Source: Plasmodiophora brassicae (taxonomy: Eukaryota). From it: DNA of 64,000 nt. Location: contig CP145422.1 of assembly GCA_036867785.1 (NCBI GenBank), forward strand, positions 744,001 to 808,000. The letters run 5' to 3'. Under the pieces are notes generated by a model, which was not told where the DNA came from, did no database searches, and saw nothing but the letters and a program-made list of their open reading frames with translations. Positions 23,604 through 36,095 of this stretch are shown piece by piece; the first letter of the stretch is position 1, and every line of letters starts with the position of its first letter. The position numbers were made by a program, and so were the translations under genes.

Positions 23604-26600
23604 ATGTTCACGGGGACGAGCGCCCGGCGTCGCGTCGACCTGTCGGGGCGGTCGGCACCGAGTGCAGCGTCGCGTGCCGACCTGCTCGAGCAGGCGCGCG
23701 TCCAGCGCCTGGAGCGGGACCAGGCCCGTCAGCGCGAGCAGTCGGCGGTGGCCATTCAGGCCGCGTACCGGTCGCATCGGGTTCGGCTCGCGGTTCGCGC
23801 CGAGCGCCGAGCCCTGTTTGACGCCAGCCTGGCAGGGACGGCGAAATGCAACGCCGTTCAGTTGCGACGGCTGGTTAGTGTCTTGTCGGCGTTCTACCGG
23901 CCGACCGGTGACGACCTGCAGCGCCTGATTCACCTCGCAGGCGCGATATCGCAGTCGATCATGCATACCGGTGTGTGTGATAGCATTCGCTCTATTGTGC
24001 TGCGTCGTACTGAATCGTTACCCGTTTCCAGATGCGTCCTTGAACATCTGCTCGTTGTTCGTTCATCAAGACCCGGACCAGGCCGCCTCGTTGGCGTTCT
24101 CCTTGGCCAAGTTCGCAGTCGCGCTCCTGGACGTATGCGCGTCCGCTGGGGCAACCCCATGCGTCTGCGTCTTCCTGCTTGTCTCGCCGGAACGATGGGC
24201 GATTGCCGGAGATTCCGACGGCGCCGTTCAAATCCAAAAGGGGATCGCGCTACGCCATGGAGGACTCAGGAAACTTCGCTCCGTCATCCTTGCTATGAAC
24301 AGCGGCCAGGAACCTGTCGAAGAGTCCCTTTGTGTGATGATGACCAGGGTGGCCGTTAGGATTGCCAGTCACGCCCCTGCCGCATTCGCCTGCGATATCG
24401 TTACGATTCCAACGTTGCCCCGCCTGCTAAGCGGTCAAGCTTTGCGTGTACTTGTCAGTTCTTCCAGTGTCCTGCAGGCATGCTTCCTGGCCATATCCAG
24501 TGACATTGCTTCGATTTCATCGACGATTCGCCAACAATACGATCGCAGTGGGGATTATCCATCTCTGGGATACCTGCTCGGGAACGTTCTTCAGCTATCG
24601 TTTGCGCGCGGCGCCGTTGATCATTCGTTGTTTCTCGCCGTCGGCGCGATTATGGGACAGGCTGGTGAAAGCACTTCGCGGATGTTCCCCCGTAAATCTG
24701 AGCCAGACGGCTCAGACTCTGACGAGGACGTTCACATGTCAACTGTCCCTGATCAGGTTGCCGAGCAACTACAGTTGATGACGAGTCGTCGCATGTTGGA
24801 TGAAATAGCGAAGACGCTGCGTGATGGGCCCGACGAATCTCGTTCTGCGGTTCAGGTTATGCTTCACTGCATCTTGCAGTCGTGGGGCGCTGCACGGTCC
24901 GACGTTCTTTCGGCGGTAGCGTTTGGCACACCATTGGCATCTGCGCTCTGGTCGCAGATTCGCGAGGCGAACATTGCCGCGATGCCTTTCGGCGAACTTC
25001 ATCGCAGCTGGCCATCTCTGGCACTGTTCGCTGCCCTGTACAGTCATCTGCTTCGTGTCCAAGATGACGACGAATTCTACGGGGGTCAATTCGGGCCAAT
25101 CACGATTGAGACGGTTCCTCATATCGTCGTCTTCCTGCGCGCCATTCTTATTCGGCTGTACTGGACGGACAGTTCATTGCAAACGGACTGGACAGATAAG
25201 CTTCGTCGCGAGGCGGCTGTCGCATTCGGGCAACTTCGTGATCGACAATCCCGTCGACCGTTCTGTCCTACAGACGCCTTCCTGATGGGGGACGCCGACC
25301 TGCTAAACCAGTTCAAGGTCGAGCTGTTTGGGTCGCCGTCGCGTGGTAACGGAGCCGTCCTGGCTGCATCGGGAATGGTCTTCCAGAGAGCTCAAGTCCT
25401 TCTTCGTGAAGTTCCAATTTTAATCCCTTTCGCTGAACGGGTTCGCGTGTTCTATTCCTGTATCGAGGCCGAGGACCGAGCCTCAGCGTATCCTTTCGGG
25501 CGGGCTGTTCGTGTGCGGCGCGATTCTCTCGTCGAAGACGCGTTCGACGGCCTGAAGATGTTCACAGACTCCTACTCGAGCCTGCGTCATATCCGCATCG
25601 AATTCGTTGATGAACACGGCCTGCCCGAAGCGGGTATCGATGGCGGTGGTTTATGGAAGGAGTTCGTCCAATTGTTCTGCAAACAGGCGCTGGACCCATC
25701 GACGGGAATGTTCTCCCAGACGGACGATCACACGTACTACCCGAGTCCGGCCGCGAAGATGGTTCGAGACGATTACCTTGACGTGACGAAGTTCTGCGGC
25801 ATGATCATCGGCAAGGCGATCTGGTCGCAGGTGCAGATTGAGCCTGTCTTCGCTGGCTGGTTCCTGCGGAAGCTGACGTCGTCACCGCCCTGTCTCGACG
25901 ACCTGCGCAGCATGGATCCCCAGCTGTACCGGAACCTCATCTTCCTGAAACGCCACGAAGGGGATTTCGCTGAACTCGCCTTGACGTTCTCAACTGTCAA
26001 CGACGAGCTCGGGCAGAAAGAGGTCGTCGAACTGTGCCCAGGTGGGCTTTCGATTCCGGTGACGCGCGAGAACCGCCTGTCCTTCATCCATCTGCTCGCC
26101 GACTACAAGCTGAATCGTCAGCTTCACGCCCAGTGCCAGGCGTTCATTCAGGGCTTGCAGGCCGTCATCCCTAGCAGGTGGTCGCGGATCTTTGCGCCAG
26201 ATGAAATGCAAATGCTGATTAGCGGATCCCGGACGCCGCTCGATATTGAAGACATGCGGCGCCATTGCGTGTATACTGGTAGGCGAGAACACGTATCGTC
26301 TACGTATGTTATTAGCGGTTCACTCATTATGTGCGAACAGGATTCGACGACAAGGACCCCCTCGTTGACTGGTTCTGGGACGTCCTGGCTTCCCTGTCTC
26401 CTGAAGACGCCTCATTGACCCTTCGCTTTTTCACGAGTTGCAGCCGACCTCCTCTGCTAGGTACGCATATCAGCGTGCTCGACCTCTGGACCCGCTCTTA
26501 TCGTTGCCTGTACAGGGTTCGCGTCGCTGAACCCGCAGTTGTGCTTGCAGAAGTCCAACCGGGAGGCCACGGCGCTCCCGACGGCCTCCACGTGTGTCAA

Positions 26601-26694
26601 CATGATCCGACTCCCGGCGTATCCTACCAAGGAGATGCTCAGGGAGAAGCTCATGTACGCGGTTAAATCGAATACAGGGTTCAACCTCACATAG
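23604..26694 (+). CDS. UBE3C: HECT E3 ubiquitin ligase with IQ motif, UBE3C/UPL6-like, multi-exon
   Basis: MFTGTSARRRVDLSGRS N-terminus, IQAAYRSHRVR, IPFAERVRVF, EAGIDGGGLWKEF, FFTSCSRPPLLG and LPTASTCVNMIRLP with the catalytic Cys. Confidence 0.92.
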
Positions 26695-26819
26695 ACACGA
26701 ACACCGATCACATGGCCTTTGCCGGGGGACGCCACATTTGCCCTATTTATAGCGTGCGGCTTGCGCGCAAAACTCGCTGCGGCGAGGAGGAAGGCAGCAG
26801 CGGCGTCAGGCGGACGACG

Positions 26820-28956
26820 ATGCTGTCCGGCGCGCACGTGGAGTTCCGAGCATGGCTTGAGAACAATGGCATGCGAATTCCGAAACATCTCGAGGTCAGG
26901 CGCTGTCCTTCGGCAGGCAATGGGCTGTTTACGACGAAGGCAATCGAAGCGGGCGAGACGGTGGTCGACGTCCCGTCCAACCTCATCCTCACCGGGCCGA
27001 AGTCGCGCCAATCGCTCGTACGCACACAATGTCGGGGCAACGTGCTCGGCCTGTGTTCCAACAACTGTAAACAGGTCGGGCAGCACCTCGTGAAGATGAA
27101 GGCGCCGCCGCGTACCATCATGCATTTGTGGTTGATTGCCGAGCGACACGTCCACGATTCGTTCTTCGGTCCATACCTGAGGTCCCTGCCGACAACCTAC
27201 TCAGATCCAATGTGGTGGGACGACGAAGACCGGGCCCTCCTGTCTGGCACCAACATGTTCTCTGCCGTCCAGACCAGGTAACCCCGGTGAATGTCAGCCC
27301 GCTTATGTCGTCTGATGGCTTCTAAGGGAGCGCGAGATCGAGGAAGAGCTGGAGCAATACGCGGTGCCGCTGAGTGGCATGCACCCGGACGTGTTCCCCA
27401 GCGAGCTGTGCACACGTGCCCATCTGCTGTGGGCGCGGTCGACGTTGACCTCGCGAGGGTTCCCGGCACGGCTCGTCCCCGCCGGCGACGGGTACATTCC
27501 ACCTGGAGAACGTGACGTCGGCTGCCTGATCCCTTTCGCCGACTATTTCAACCACAGCGCGCCCGGGCCGTCCACCTGTCAGGAATGGGTCGTCACCGAC
27601 CGATCCGTCGCGTTTCGAGGCGTTGACGGGTTCCATGCCGCCGTCGGCGACCAGGTCTTCACGAACTACGGCGCGAAATCCAACGAAGAGTTCCTGCTCG
27701 GGTATGGGTTCACGATCCCAGACAACAGCGCCGACCATGTCACCGTCGCCCTGAGCGCTCCGCCCGACACGTTCTACCTGACGCGATTGGGCATCCCGCC
27801 TGGACTCGTCCACGCTCTGCGACGCCGCGCCATGACCGACCGGGAACGATACGTCTTCGATGGAGATGCCACCCGTCCCATCAACGACGAGAACGAGGCC
27901 GCTGTCCACGATGCCCTTCGGGACATGTTCCGACGATCATTGTCGAAACTGGGTCCGACGCCCGCCAAGGCGGGTTCCACGAAGGCGGCCAACGCGCGCC
28001 ACTATCGGTCCGGGCAGGTCGACATCCTCGAGACGTGTCTCGGGCAGGTTGCCGAGGCGCCCGCTGGGGACATCCTGTACGCCGTCGACCTGGGCGACGT
28101 CATGACGGCCGACGGCGTCCTGCAGTCCTGGCCAACGCTCCGGATGATCGACGGCCTCGACGACATCGCTGTCCTGACCGTGGCGATGACGCGCGCTATC
28201 GCCGATTCATCGTCGGCGTGGTCGTCCATCTCGTGTGAAACGCTGCCGGTATCGTGGACCGATGCGCAGTTGGCCGCTCTGGGTCCAGGGCATTCCCCAG
28301 CCCGCCGGGCGATCGACGCGGCTCGTGAGGACGTCCACGACCTGTACGGTCAGCTCTTCCCGATGCTATCCGATCAGGTGCCCGACGAGTTCCCGCCGGA
28401 CGTCTTCACGGTGGACAGGTTCGTCCAGGCGGCCGCCCTTGTCGATGCGCACTCCATCCAGGTCCCGGGTGTCGCCGCTACGCTCGTCGTTCCAATGCCA
28501 GCGCTTCCTGTGCATGCTGCAACGAACCCGACGGCTCGGTTCGTGGTCGACGCCGACCGCCAGCGCCTTCACCTGTGCCGAATCCGGTCTGGCGACCAGG
28601 TGACGGCCCGCCTCGGACTGTCACTGTCCAACACCGACCTGCTCGTTTCATTTGGGCAAGTCCTGCCCTGCAACCCGTTCGACGCGATCGATGTCGGCGT
28701 CGAATGCGACGACCTCCCAGGCGTGGGACACGCGCTGACGCTGGCAAACGGCATCCCAGACCGCCTGCAACAGGCCTACGACGTGGGCACCCTGGCCCGC
28801 ATCATTGAAACCGTGTCGTCCATCGCGAACGGCGACCCTGCATGCGATTCGCTCAGCGCCCGGCAGCGACGTCTGGTGCAAGCGTATCACGACGCGCTTC
28901 GTGCCGTCGTCGACGAAGCGCGGGCGGCCCTCCGTCTGTCCACGTCATATGATTGA
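26820..28956 (+). CDS. SET-domain lysine methyltransferase (Rubisco-LSMT/SETD3-4 type) with a second degenerate SET module
   Basis: GNGLF, SFFGPYLRSLP, WARSTLTSRGF, LIPFADYFNH and VFTNYGAKSNEEFLLGYGF; the repeat reads LPVSW...FVQAAALVDAHS...LSNTDLLVSFG. Confidence 0.85.
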
Positions 28957-29101
28957 ACACGCGCGTGCGACCGTTTAGCAACAGGTTGGTCCCGATGGAT
29001 GATGGCGGTGCGACGCGGCTCTCCCTGCGCCCGCCGCGGGACAGACCTCGTCACGCGCAACGTTTTAGGGCGGCTGCCATATATCCACGGTGCGGCCGCG
29101 C

Positions 29102-32100
29102 CTATTTGCTCGTCGGGTTGCTGGGATGCCGGGCGCCACCGCCGCCGGCCTGCGCCAGCAGCGCCCTGATGTTGCCGCCTCGGACGAGCGACGTCGCCGG
29201 CTGCGGGCGCCTGTGCGCCGGCTGCTGCCGCGCCCTGGCCATGGCCTTCGGGGAGAGCAGCAGCGGCGCCCGCGGCGAACGCATCAGCTGGTGCTGCTGC
29301 ACCTGGACCGGCGGCGACGTGTTCACCGCGTCCGCCGAGCGGCGTATGGACGGCGAGAACCCTTTCACAGAGAACACGTTGCGCAGCATGCCCGCGCCTT
29401 CGCTCTGGGGTGTCGTCCAGCGCGTCCCGCCCGGCGACGGCAACGCGTCGTGGGCGGCGACGACGGCGGGCGGCTCGTCGGGTTCGGCGCCGCCGGGCGC
29501 CTGGAAGACGCCGGCGAGGGGCGCGTAGACGGCGGCGGCGCCCTCGACCATGGCGAACATGGAGTGGATGCGCGCGCGGTCCACGGCGGTGACGTCGCGC
29601 CCGTCGATGCACTTGAGCGTCGTGATCGACCGGATCAGCGTCGGGCGGTACATCTGCTTGCGCGCCACCGGGTTGCCCTGCAGCGTGACGTCGAGCAGGA
29701 ACGCGATCCGCTGCAGCTGGTCCAGGTCGGACAGGGTCGCGATCCGGTTGCCGGCGCACGACAGGATCTGTAGCCGGGGGCAGTACGTCGGCGCCTGCTG
29801 GCACAGCGCCGACAGCGCCTTGATCGCGTTGTCGTCCAGCGTCAGGTGGCGCAGCGACAGCAGGCCGCGCAGGTCGTCGTCGCCGATCGCCCGGATCTGG
29901 TTGTTGCACAGGTTCAGCTCGCGAACGTGGCAGCAGGCCTGCAGGCCGGCGACGACCCGGATGTCGTTCGACTTCAGGTTCAGGGTGCGCAGGCGCGGCA
30001 GGCACTCCAGGTGCAGGGACGCGATCGACGTCACGCGATTCGACGCCAGGTACAGGTGCTCGAGGTGCACCAGCGGCGCCCAGGCGCCGTCGGCGATCGC
30101 GTCGACGCGGTTGTGCGACAGGTTCAACGACGTCATCGACGACAGCGCGGCCAGGGACTCCACGCGCACCAGCGCGTTGTTCTCCAGGTTCACCTGGCGC
30201 ACCGACAGGAACTTGTGGCCGGACAGCGGGTCGATCGAGCGGATCTGGAACCCGGACAGGTCCAGGTCGTCCAGGGACGTGTTGCTGCGCCCGTGGATCC
30301 ATTCGTCGAGGAACTCCTCGGTGATGCGCCCCTCGAATTCGTCGCGGGACCCGTCGATCTCGGCGCCCGTCACCGGGACGCCGTCCAGAACCTTCAGCTT
30401 CTTGACGTTGAACACGCAGGCGAGGCGGTAGGACGGCTCCCTGCAGACCGGGTTGCCGCTCAGGTCCAGGATCACGAGTTGCACGAGCAGGCGCAGCTGT
30501 TTGATCGTCGGCGACAACGCCTCCACCCGGTTGTTGCTCAGGTACAGCTCCAGCAGCGACGTGCAATGCTCCAGGCCCGACAGCGACGTGATCGCGTTGT
30601 CCTCCAGCGACAGCTGAAGCAACGACGTCGCCTGGTCCAATCCCTAGCGGCGTCCCTTGGTTGTCAGATCCCCCACTGAACGACGAGGACGACGACGCGT
30701 ACCGTTATTTCTGAAATGCGATTGTTGCCCAGTTCGAGACGCTGTAGACGAGGTAGGGTCGACAGGTTCCCGATCGTCGCGATGTGGTTGTCCTCGAGGG
30801 CCACGACTTCGAGGGCGGGGGCGCCACCGAACCCTCTGCGATCAGCGTCAGCCGCAAGCCCGCACAACACGAACCGGACCCGTACTCGATGACGCGCAGG
30901 TCGTTGTCGCAGAACGAGACCGACTTCAGGTTGGGCAGGGCGTGGTCGGACAGCGACGCGATCGAGCGCAGGCGCTGATGGTCGGCCTGGATGCCGACGG
31001 CGTGCTCCGCCCAGGTCGCGTCGTAGGCGGGCGCTGACAGGACGGCGCCGTCGGGGCCCATCGCACACGCCCTGAGCAGGCCCACGTCGAGGACGGACGC
31101 GTTCCCGTTCCAGACGGCGGGGGCGGCGGCGCTGGCGGCGTCGTCCAGCGCCTGCACCGGTCGCATGTCGATCTGCTGGATCTGCTTCGGGACGCAGGCG
31201 CGCAGCGCCCAGGCGTACGTCTTCGCCGAGCACATCGGGTTCTGGCTCAGGTTCAGCTCGACGAGGTTCGGGCAGTGCAGCGCGAACAGCTCGAGGTCGT
31301 CCAGGCGGGCCAGGGCGTTGTTGTTCAGGTGGCAGACGGTGAGGCGGGCGAGGCCGGCCAGCCCCTCGATGCGCTGCAGCAGGTTGTGCCCCAGGTCCAG
31401 GTGCGTCAGGTGGACCAGCGCCGACAGGCCCGCCATCGACTCGATCTGGTTGAACGCCAGGATCAGCGTGTGCAGGCCGGCCAGGCGCCCGACGAGGCCC
31501 GCACACGTCGTCAGCGCGTGCCCGTGCAGGTTCAGGTACGGCAACGAGCGGCACAGGCGCCCGTCGTCGTCGTCGTCGTCGTCAAGGCCGATCGCGCGCG
31601 CCTGCTCCCGGATCGTCCCCATCGTCACCACCGACACCTTGTCGTCGCGAGGGGTCACGACGGGCGGCATCGCCAGCACGGCGCGCCACTCGGCCGTGTC
31701 GCACGTCTCGGCGTGCTCGCGGCTCCATCGCGTTCGGAACTGGTCCACGTCCCTGTCGATGGCCACGTTGCGACCGGGATGCGATGGCGTCGTGGCCCCG
31801 TGCGGGACCGGAGACGCTTGCGCGTCGTCGTCGTCGTCGTCGACGGCCTCGGTGAAGGAGAGCACCCGGGGCGCATCGCCCGCGTCGGTTCGCAGGTACC
31901 GGTAGTCGACGACGTATTCGGGCAGGACGAGGCTCGCGTTCAGGATGCGATCCAGGCGGTACTGGCCGGCGGGGTCGTCGCCAGCGGCGACCAGCGCCGG
32001 CAGGCCGTCCGGCCCGACCGGATGGTAGGCCTTGCAGAGGAGCGCGGCGCACCGGTCGATGACGCGACGATGGCGGAACTGGGGGTCGGAGGCGCGCGCC

Positions 32101-33657
32101 GTCAGCCGCGTGCGATCGGCGATCGCGAGGCTGTTCGTCAGGAACGTGTCGTCGGCGACGGCGCGTTCCATGCCGAACTTGCACATGTCCATGCAGCGTT
32201 TCTGGTACGTGTCGTAGTCGGCGCCGTCGATGCCGACGAACACGTAGAAGACGCCGTGCCGGGCCTGGAGCCGGTCGCCGTCGACCTTCTCGACGGCCGC
32301 GTCGAACCGCGTCCGGAGGTGGCGATTGTAGACGCGGGCGACGCCGGTGACGTCGACGCGGTCGACGGCGAACTCGGCGGCGAACGCGTCGGCGTGCGCC
32401 CGTTCGGCGACGAGCGCGACGCACGACGCGTACCACTGGTCGGCGGCACCGGCGCCCTGCTCGACGCGCACGTTGCCGCCCGTCTCCAGCTCCAGCTGCA
32501 GGCGCGACACGTACATCGACGCCTCGGACTGCACGCGCTGCTTCAACAGGCTCAAGTCGGCGTCGACGAGCGCGGACTGCGCCAGCTGCCCGTGAAGGGC
32601 GGCGTCCAGGGCGGCGCACCTGCGGCACGCAATATTAGGGCGCGGCGCCATATACAGAGGGGGGCAGCAGCACATCCGCACGGACTTACTTTTCCCGGAG
32701 CGCAGCGTCGGAGACGGGCAGGTCGTTCGGGTCGGCGGCGCGGGTCGGCCGGTTGGCGGCCAGCGCGCGCTGGTGCCGCACCTGGTCGAGGTCGCGCTTC
32801 TGCCGCCAGACGACGGACATGGCGACGTTGATGTGCGCCAGGTACCCGAGGCGGACCTGGCCGGCCTGGCGGATCGCGTCCGTCGCCTGCTTCTTGGCGA
32901 TCTTGATGCGCATGTTGTAGTACATGACCTTCTTGACGTAGACGGACTGGGCGTTGGCCCGCGCCTGCGCGCTGATCAGCGTGCCGTCCAGGATGTCGAC
33001 CTGGGCGAGATGGTACAGCGCGAACGTCTGGTAGTTGCAGAGGGCGCAGACCGGGTTGTCGCCGTAGTGCGGATCCGACAGGTACACGTTCCGCAGCGAG
33101 GGCAGGGCCCGCCCCAGGAAGCGGACGTCGTCCAGGCACCCGATGCGGTTGCCGCTCAGGTTCAGGTCGCGCAGCGCGCGAAGGCCTTCGAGTTCGCTGC
33201 CGCATTGCCCGATGGCGTTGTTCGCCACGTTCAGCGTCGTCAGCGACTGGCAGGCCTTCAGGCCAGCCAGCGACGCGACGCGGTTGTCGGCCAGCGACAG
33301 GTACTCGAGCGAGACGAGGTGCGACACGTTGCCGACCCGGGTGATGGCGTTCGCGCGCAGGTCGAGCGAGACGAGGTTGACGTTGGCGTCGAGGCCCTCG
33401 AGACGCGCGATCCGGTTCTCGCAGAGCGCGAGGCGCTTCAGGGACGTGAGCCGGCCCAGCCCGGCGATCGCCGTGATGCCGCAGGCGATCAGCTCGAGCG
33501 TCGTCAGCGCCGGGAACGCGTGCAGGCCCCGCATCGTCGGGTACGACGCCATGAACAGCTCGATGGTGTCGATCGTCGACGCCGCCGCCGCCGACGACGA
33601 CAGGCCATTGGCGTCGAGCAGCAACGCGATCGCATCCGCGTCCTGCTCGTCGCTCAT
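29102..33657 (-). CDS. LRRC9: Leucine-rich repeat-containing protein 9, multi-exon
   Basis: SDS22-like LRRs; DPHYGDNPVCALCNYQTFALYHL and KKVMYYNMRIK; LELETGGNVRVEQG and WYASC blocks; many C-terminal LRRs. Confidence 0.88.
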
Positions 33658-33724
33658 GACGCGACGATGCTCATGCCCCGCCCGGTCTAACCGTACCTCG
33701 CGATCGTTACGTCCCGTCACTATG

Positions 33725-35861
33725 TTACATTGTGAGCTTCGGCGCGTTGTCGTTCAGGAGCAGGTCGACAGCGACGAGCGTCGATGGGAGGACGTGCAGG
33801 CGGTCGAACCGGACCCGCATCAGGTCGAAGGCGACGCACGGCGGGCGCGTTGTGCCGTCCGCCTTGGGCACCTTGGCGTACCGCTGCGAGAAGTGTGTCA
33901 GGATCGTGTCCTGGGCGCCCATCGCCCTGCCGGCCGCCAGCGCCTCGCTCATCGTGCTGTGCCGCTTCAGGACCGCCTCGTCGGCGAGCTCGTCGTCGAA
34001 CGTCGCCTCGTGCACCAGCACGGTCGCACCGGCGCCGGCGTCGATCAGCGCCGGGCACGGGCGCGTGTCGCCCGAATACACGAACTTCCACCCGCGCTCG
34101 TGCGTCAGCACGATCCCGAACGAATCCCGGCAATGCAGGACCGGGACGCTCGTCATGGACGTGATCTGCAGGTGCGTTCGCAGCCAGGACGACAGGTCGG
34201 GCGCGTCGGTGACGTCGGCCAGGTGGCAGTGGACACGATCGGGCGAGACAGACAGGAACTGGCGTACCCATTGGCGCACCTGGACCGGGGCGACGACCAG
34301 CAGCGGCGCGTCCGCGTACTGGCGATGCGCGCGGAGCAGGGACACGAGGCCGACGTGGTGGTCGGCGTGCTTGTGCGAGATCCAGACGCATCGCAGCGAC
34401 CGGAGGTACCCGGGCAGGTCGTCGAACGCGCGCACGATCTGCCCCAGGACGCCTTCGCCGCAGTCGAGCAGGATGCGACCCGACCCGGGCACCATCAGGT
34501 CGATGCCGCTGCTGTTCCTGTACTTCGAGGGCGCCGCCGCACCCGTCCCCAGGAACGTCAGCTCGGGGCTCTCCCCCGACGTTGCCGACGACTGGGCGTC
34601 GTGCGCCTCCCGGATGGCGGCGCCGACGCCATCGACGCCGGCCAGGTGCTTATCGATGGCGTCAGCCGGGATTGCAGACGGCACGTCGTCCAGAAGCAAC
34701 CCGGTCGTCTTGTTGGGCGGGAACTGGAACCGGGCCATGGCGTGGGTGAGCGGCGACATGTCGGGCAAGGCGGGACGCGCCAGAGGGAACGCTTCCGGGC
34801 ACACGCGGTGGAGCATGGTGTGGACGGCGTTCGACGGTGCAAACGTGGCGGACGTGTCCAGGTTGATCGTCGCACTGCACCGAAGGTGCTGGACGCCGGT
34901 CGGGAACGTTCCCGCCTGCCAGGACCGGTAGGCGGTCGTGGCGGACACGTCGTCGGGCGTCAGGTGGACGACAGCGGCCAGGTGCGGTGCGTGCTTGGCC
35001 ACGTCGCCGAGCAGGGCGACATGGTCGACCGTCGGACAATCGACAATGATGAAGGATCGTCCAGGTCGGGGCGGACCGACGACTTCGCAGGGTTGTACGA
35101 CGCGGCCGTCGTCCGTCGTGGCAGGTTCGCCCCGGATCAGGCCGGCGAAGTCGGGCCCGGGTTTCAGGCCGAGCCCCCGTGCTTTGGCTGGGTCGAACTT
35201 CCCGGGAAGGTCGGCCAGCCGCACGATGTATGCAACGATGCAGGGCGTGTGCGCGTCGCCGTTCGGCGTGGACAGCAGCTCAGCCGCCGCAAGCTCAACG
35301 TCGGCGTCGTCAATGTCCCGGATCCGCTTTCGCGGTGACCGTCTAGGCGAGAACGCAATCGCCTGGACCGATACTTCGTCGTCGTTGAGCACGGCGACGG
35401 GTTCCCTGCCGTGCGCGTCAATGACATGGGCCTGTGCGAACCGTCAGGCAGAGGTGAACGGTGGGACGAGGTCTGAAACGGACCTGGAGCGTGTGTTGCG
35501 GGTTGGACGCGAACGAACGCGCGGCGGCGACAACGGCGTCGGTGTGCACCGGCCCGTGCAACGTGACGCTGTCGAAGCTGTCGATGTCGGCCAGCGTCAT
35601 GAACAGGCCGGGTACGCCACCGAACTGCCGGATCGACAGCCCCGTCAGGAACACGTCGGCCAGGCGCACCAGGCGCACCCGGTGCATCGCACAGAACCGC
35701 TGGGGACGACCGGTCAGGCATGGCGGACGCGGAAGCGCGCGCGCGCGCGCGCGTACCTGTATGCCTTCGCCAGCGTTGAACAGGTACCGCTTGAACCTCG
35801 TGCACAGGTAGACGGACGGGGACGACCCGGGCGCGGCACCGAGGATCTGCAGGTACACCAT
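33725..35861 (-). CDS. ELAC2: tRNase Z long form, multi-exon
   Basis: YLFNAGEGIQ|RF, FLGTGAAAPSKYRNSS, LLDCGEG, HKHADHH, YSGDTRP, HEATF, RHST and LTHFSQRY motifs. Confidence 0.95.
35735..35753. repeat. (GC)9 dinucleotide run at the 5' end of the first tRNase Z intron
   Basis: gcgcgcgcgcgcgcgcgcg directly follows the minus-strand donor CAG|gtac. Confidence 0.9.
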
Positions 35862-36095
35862 TCCACGCGGCTGGAATGCGGCAGGCAGGTAGCGGCAGCA
35901 GGCAGCCCCGGCGCCGCGGACTGCGCCAACGCTGCGCAAGTCGCGGCGCGCACCGCCGCCCACCTAAAGGCGTTACGCGCGCGACGGGGCGGCGTTACGA
36001 TGGGGGCGCAGCTGCACCACCTGACGGTGGCTGGTGAATGTTCGCGGGGTGCTGCGCAGGTCATCGCTGACGGGCGTTACTACTGTCGGTGGGCG

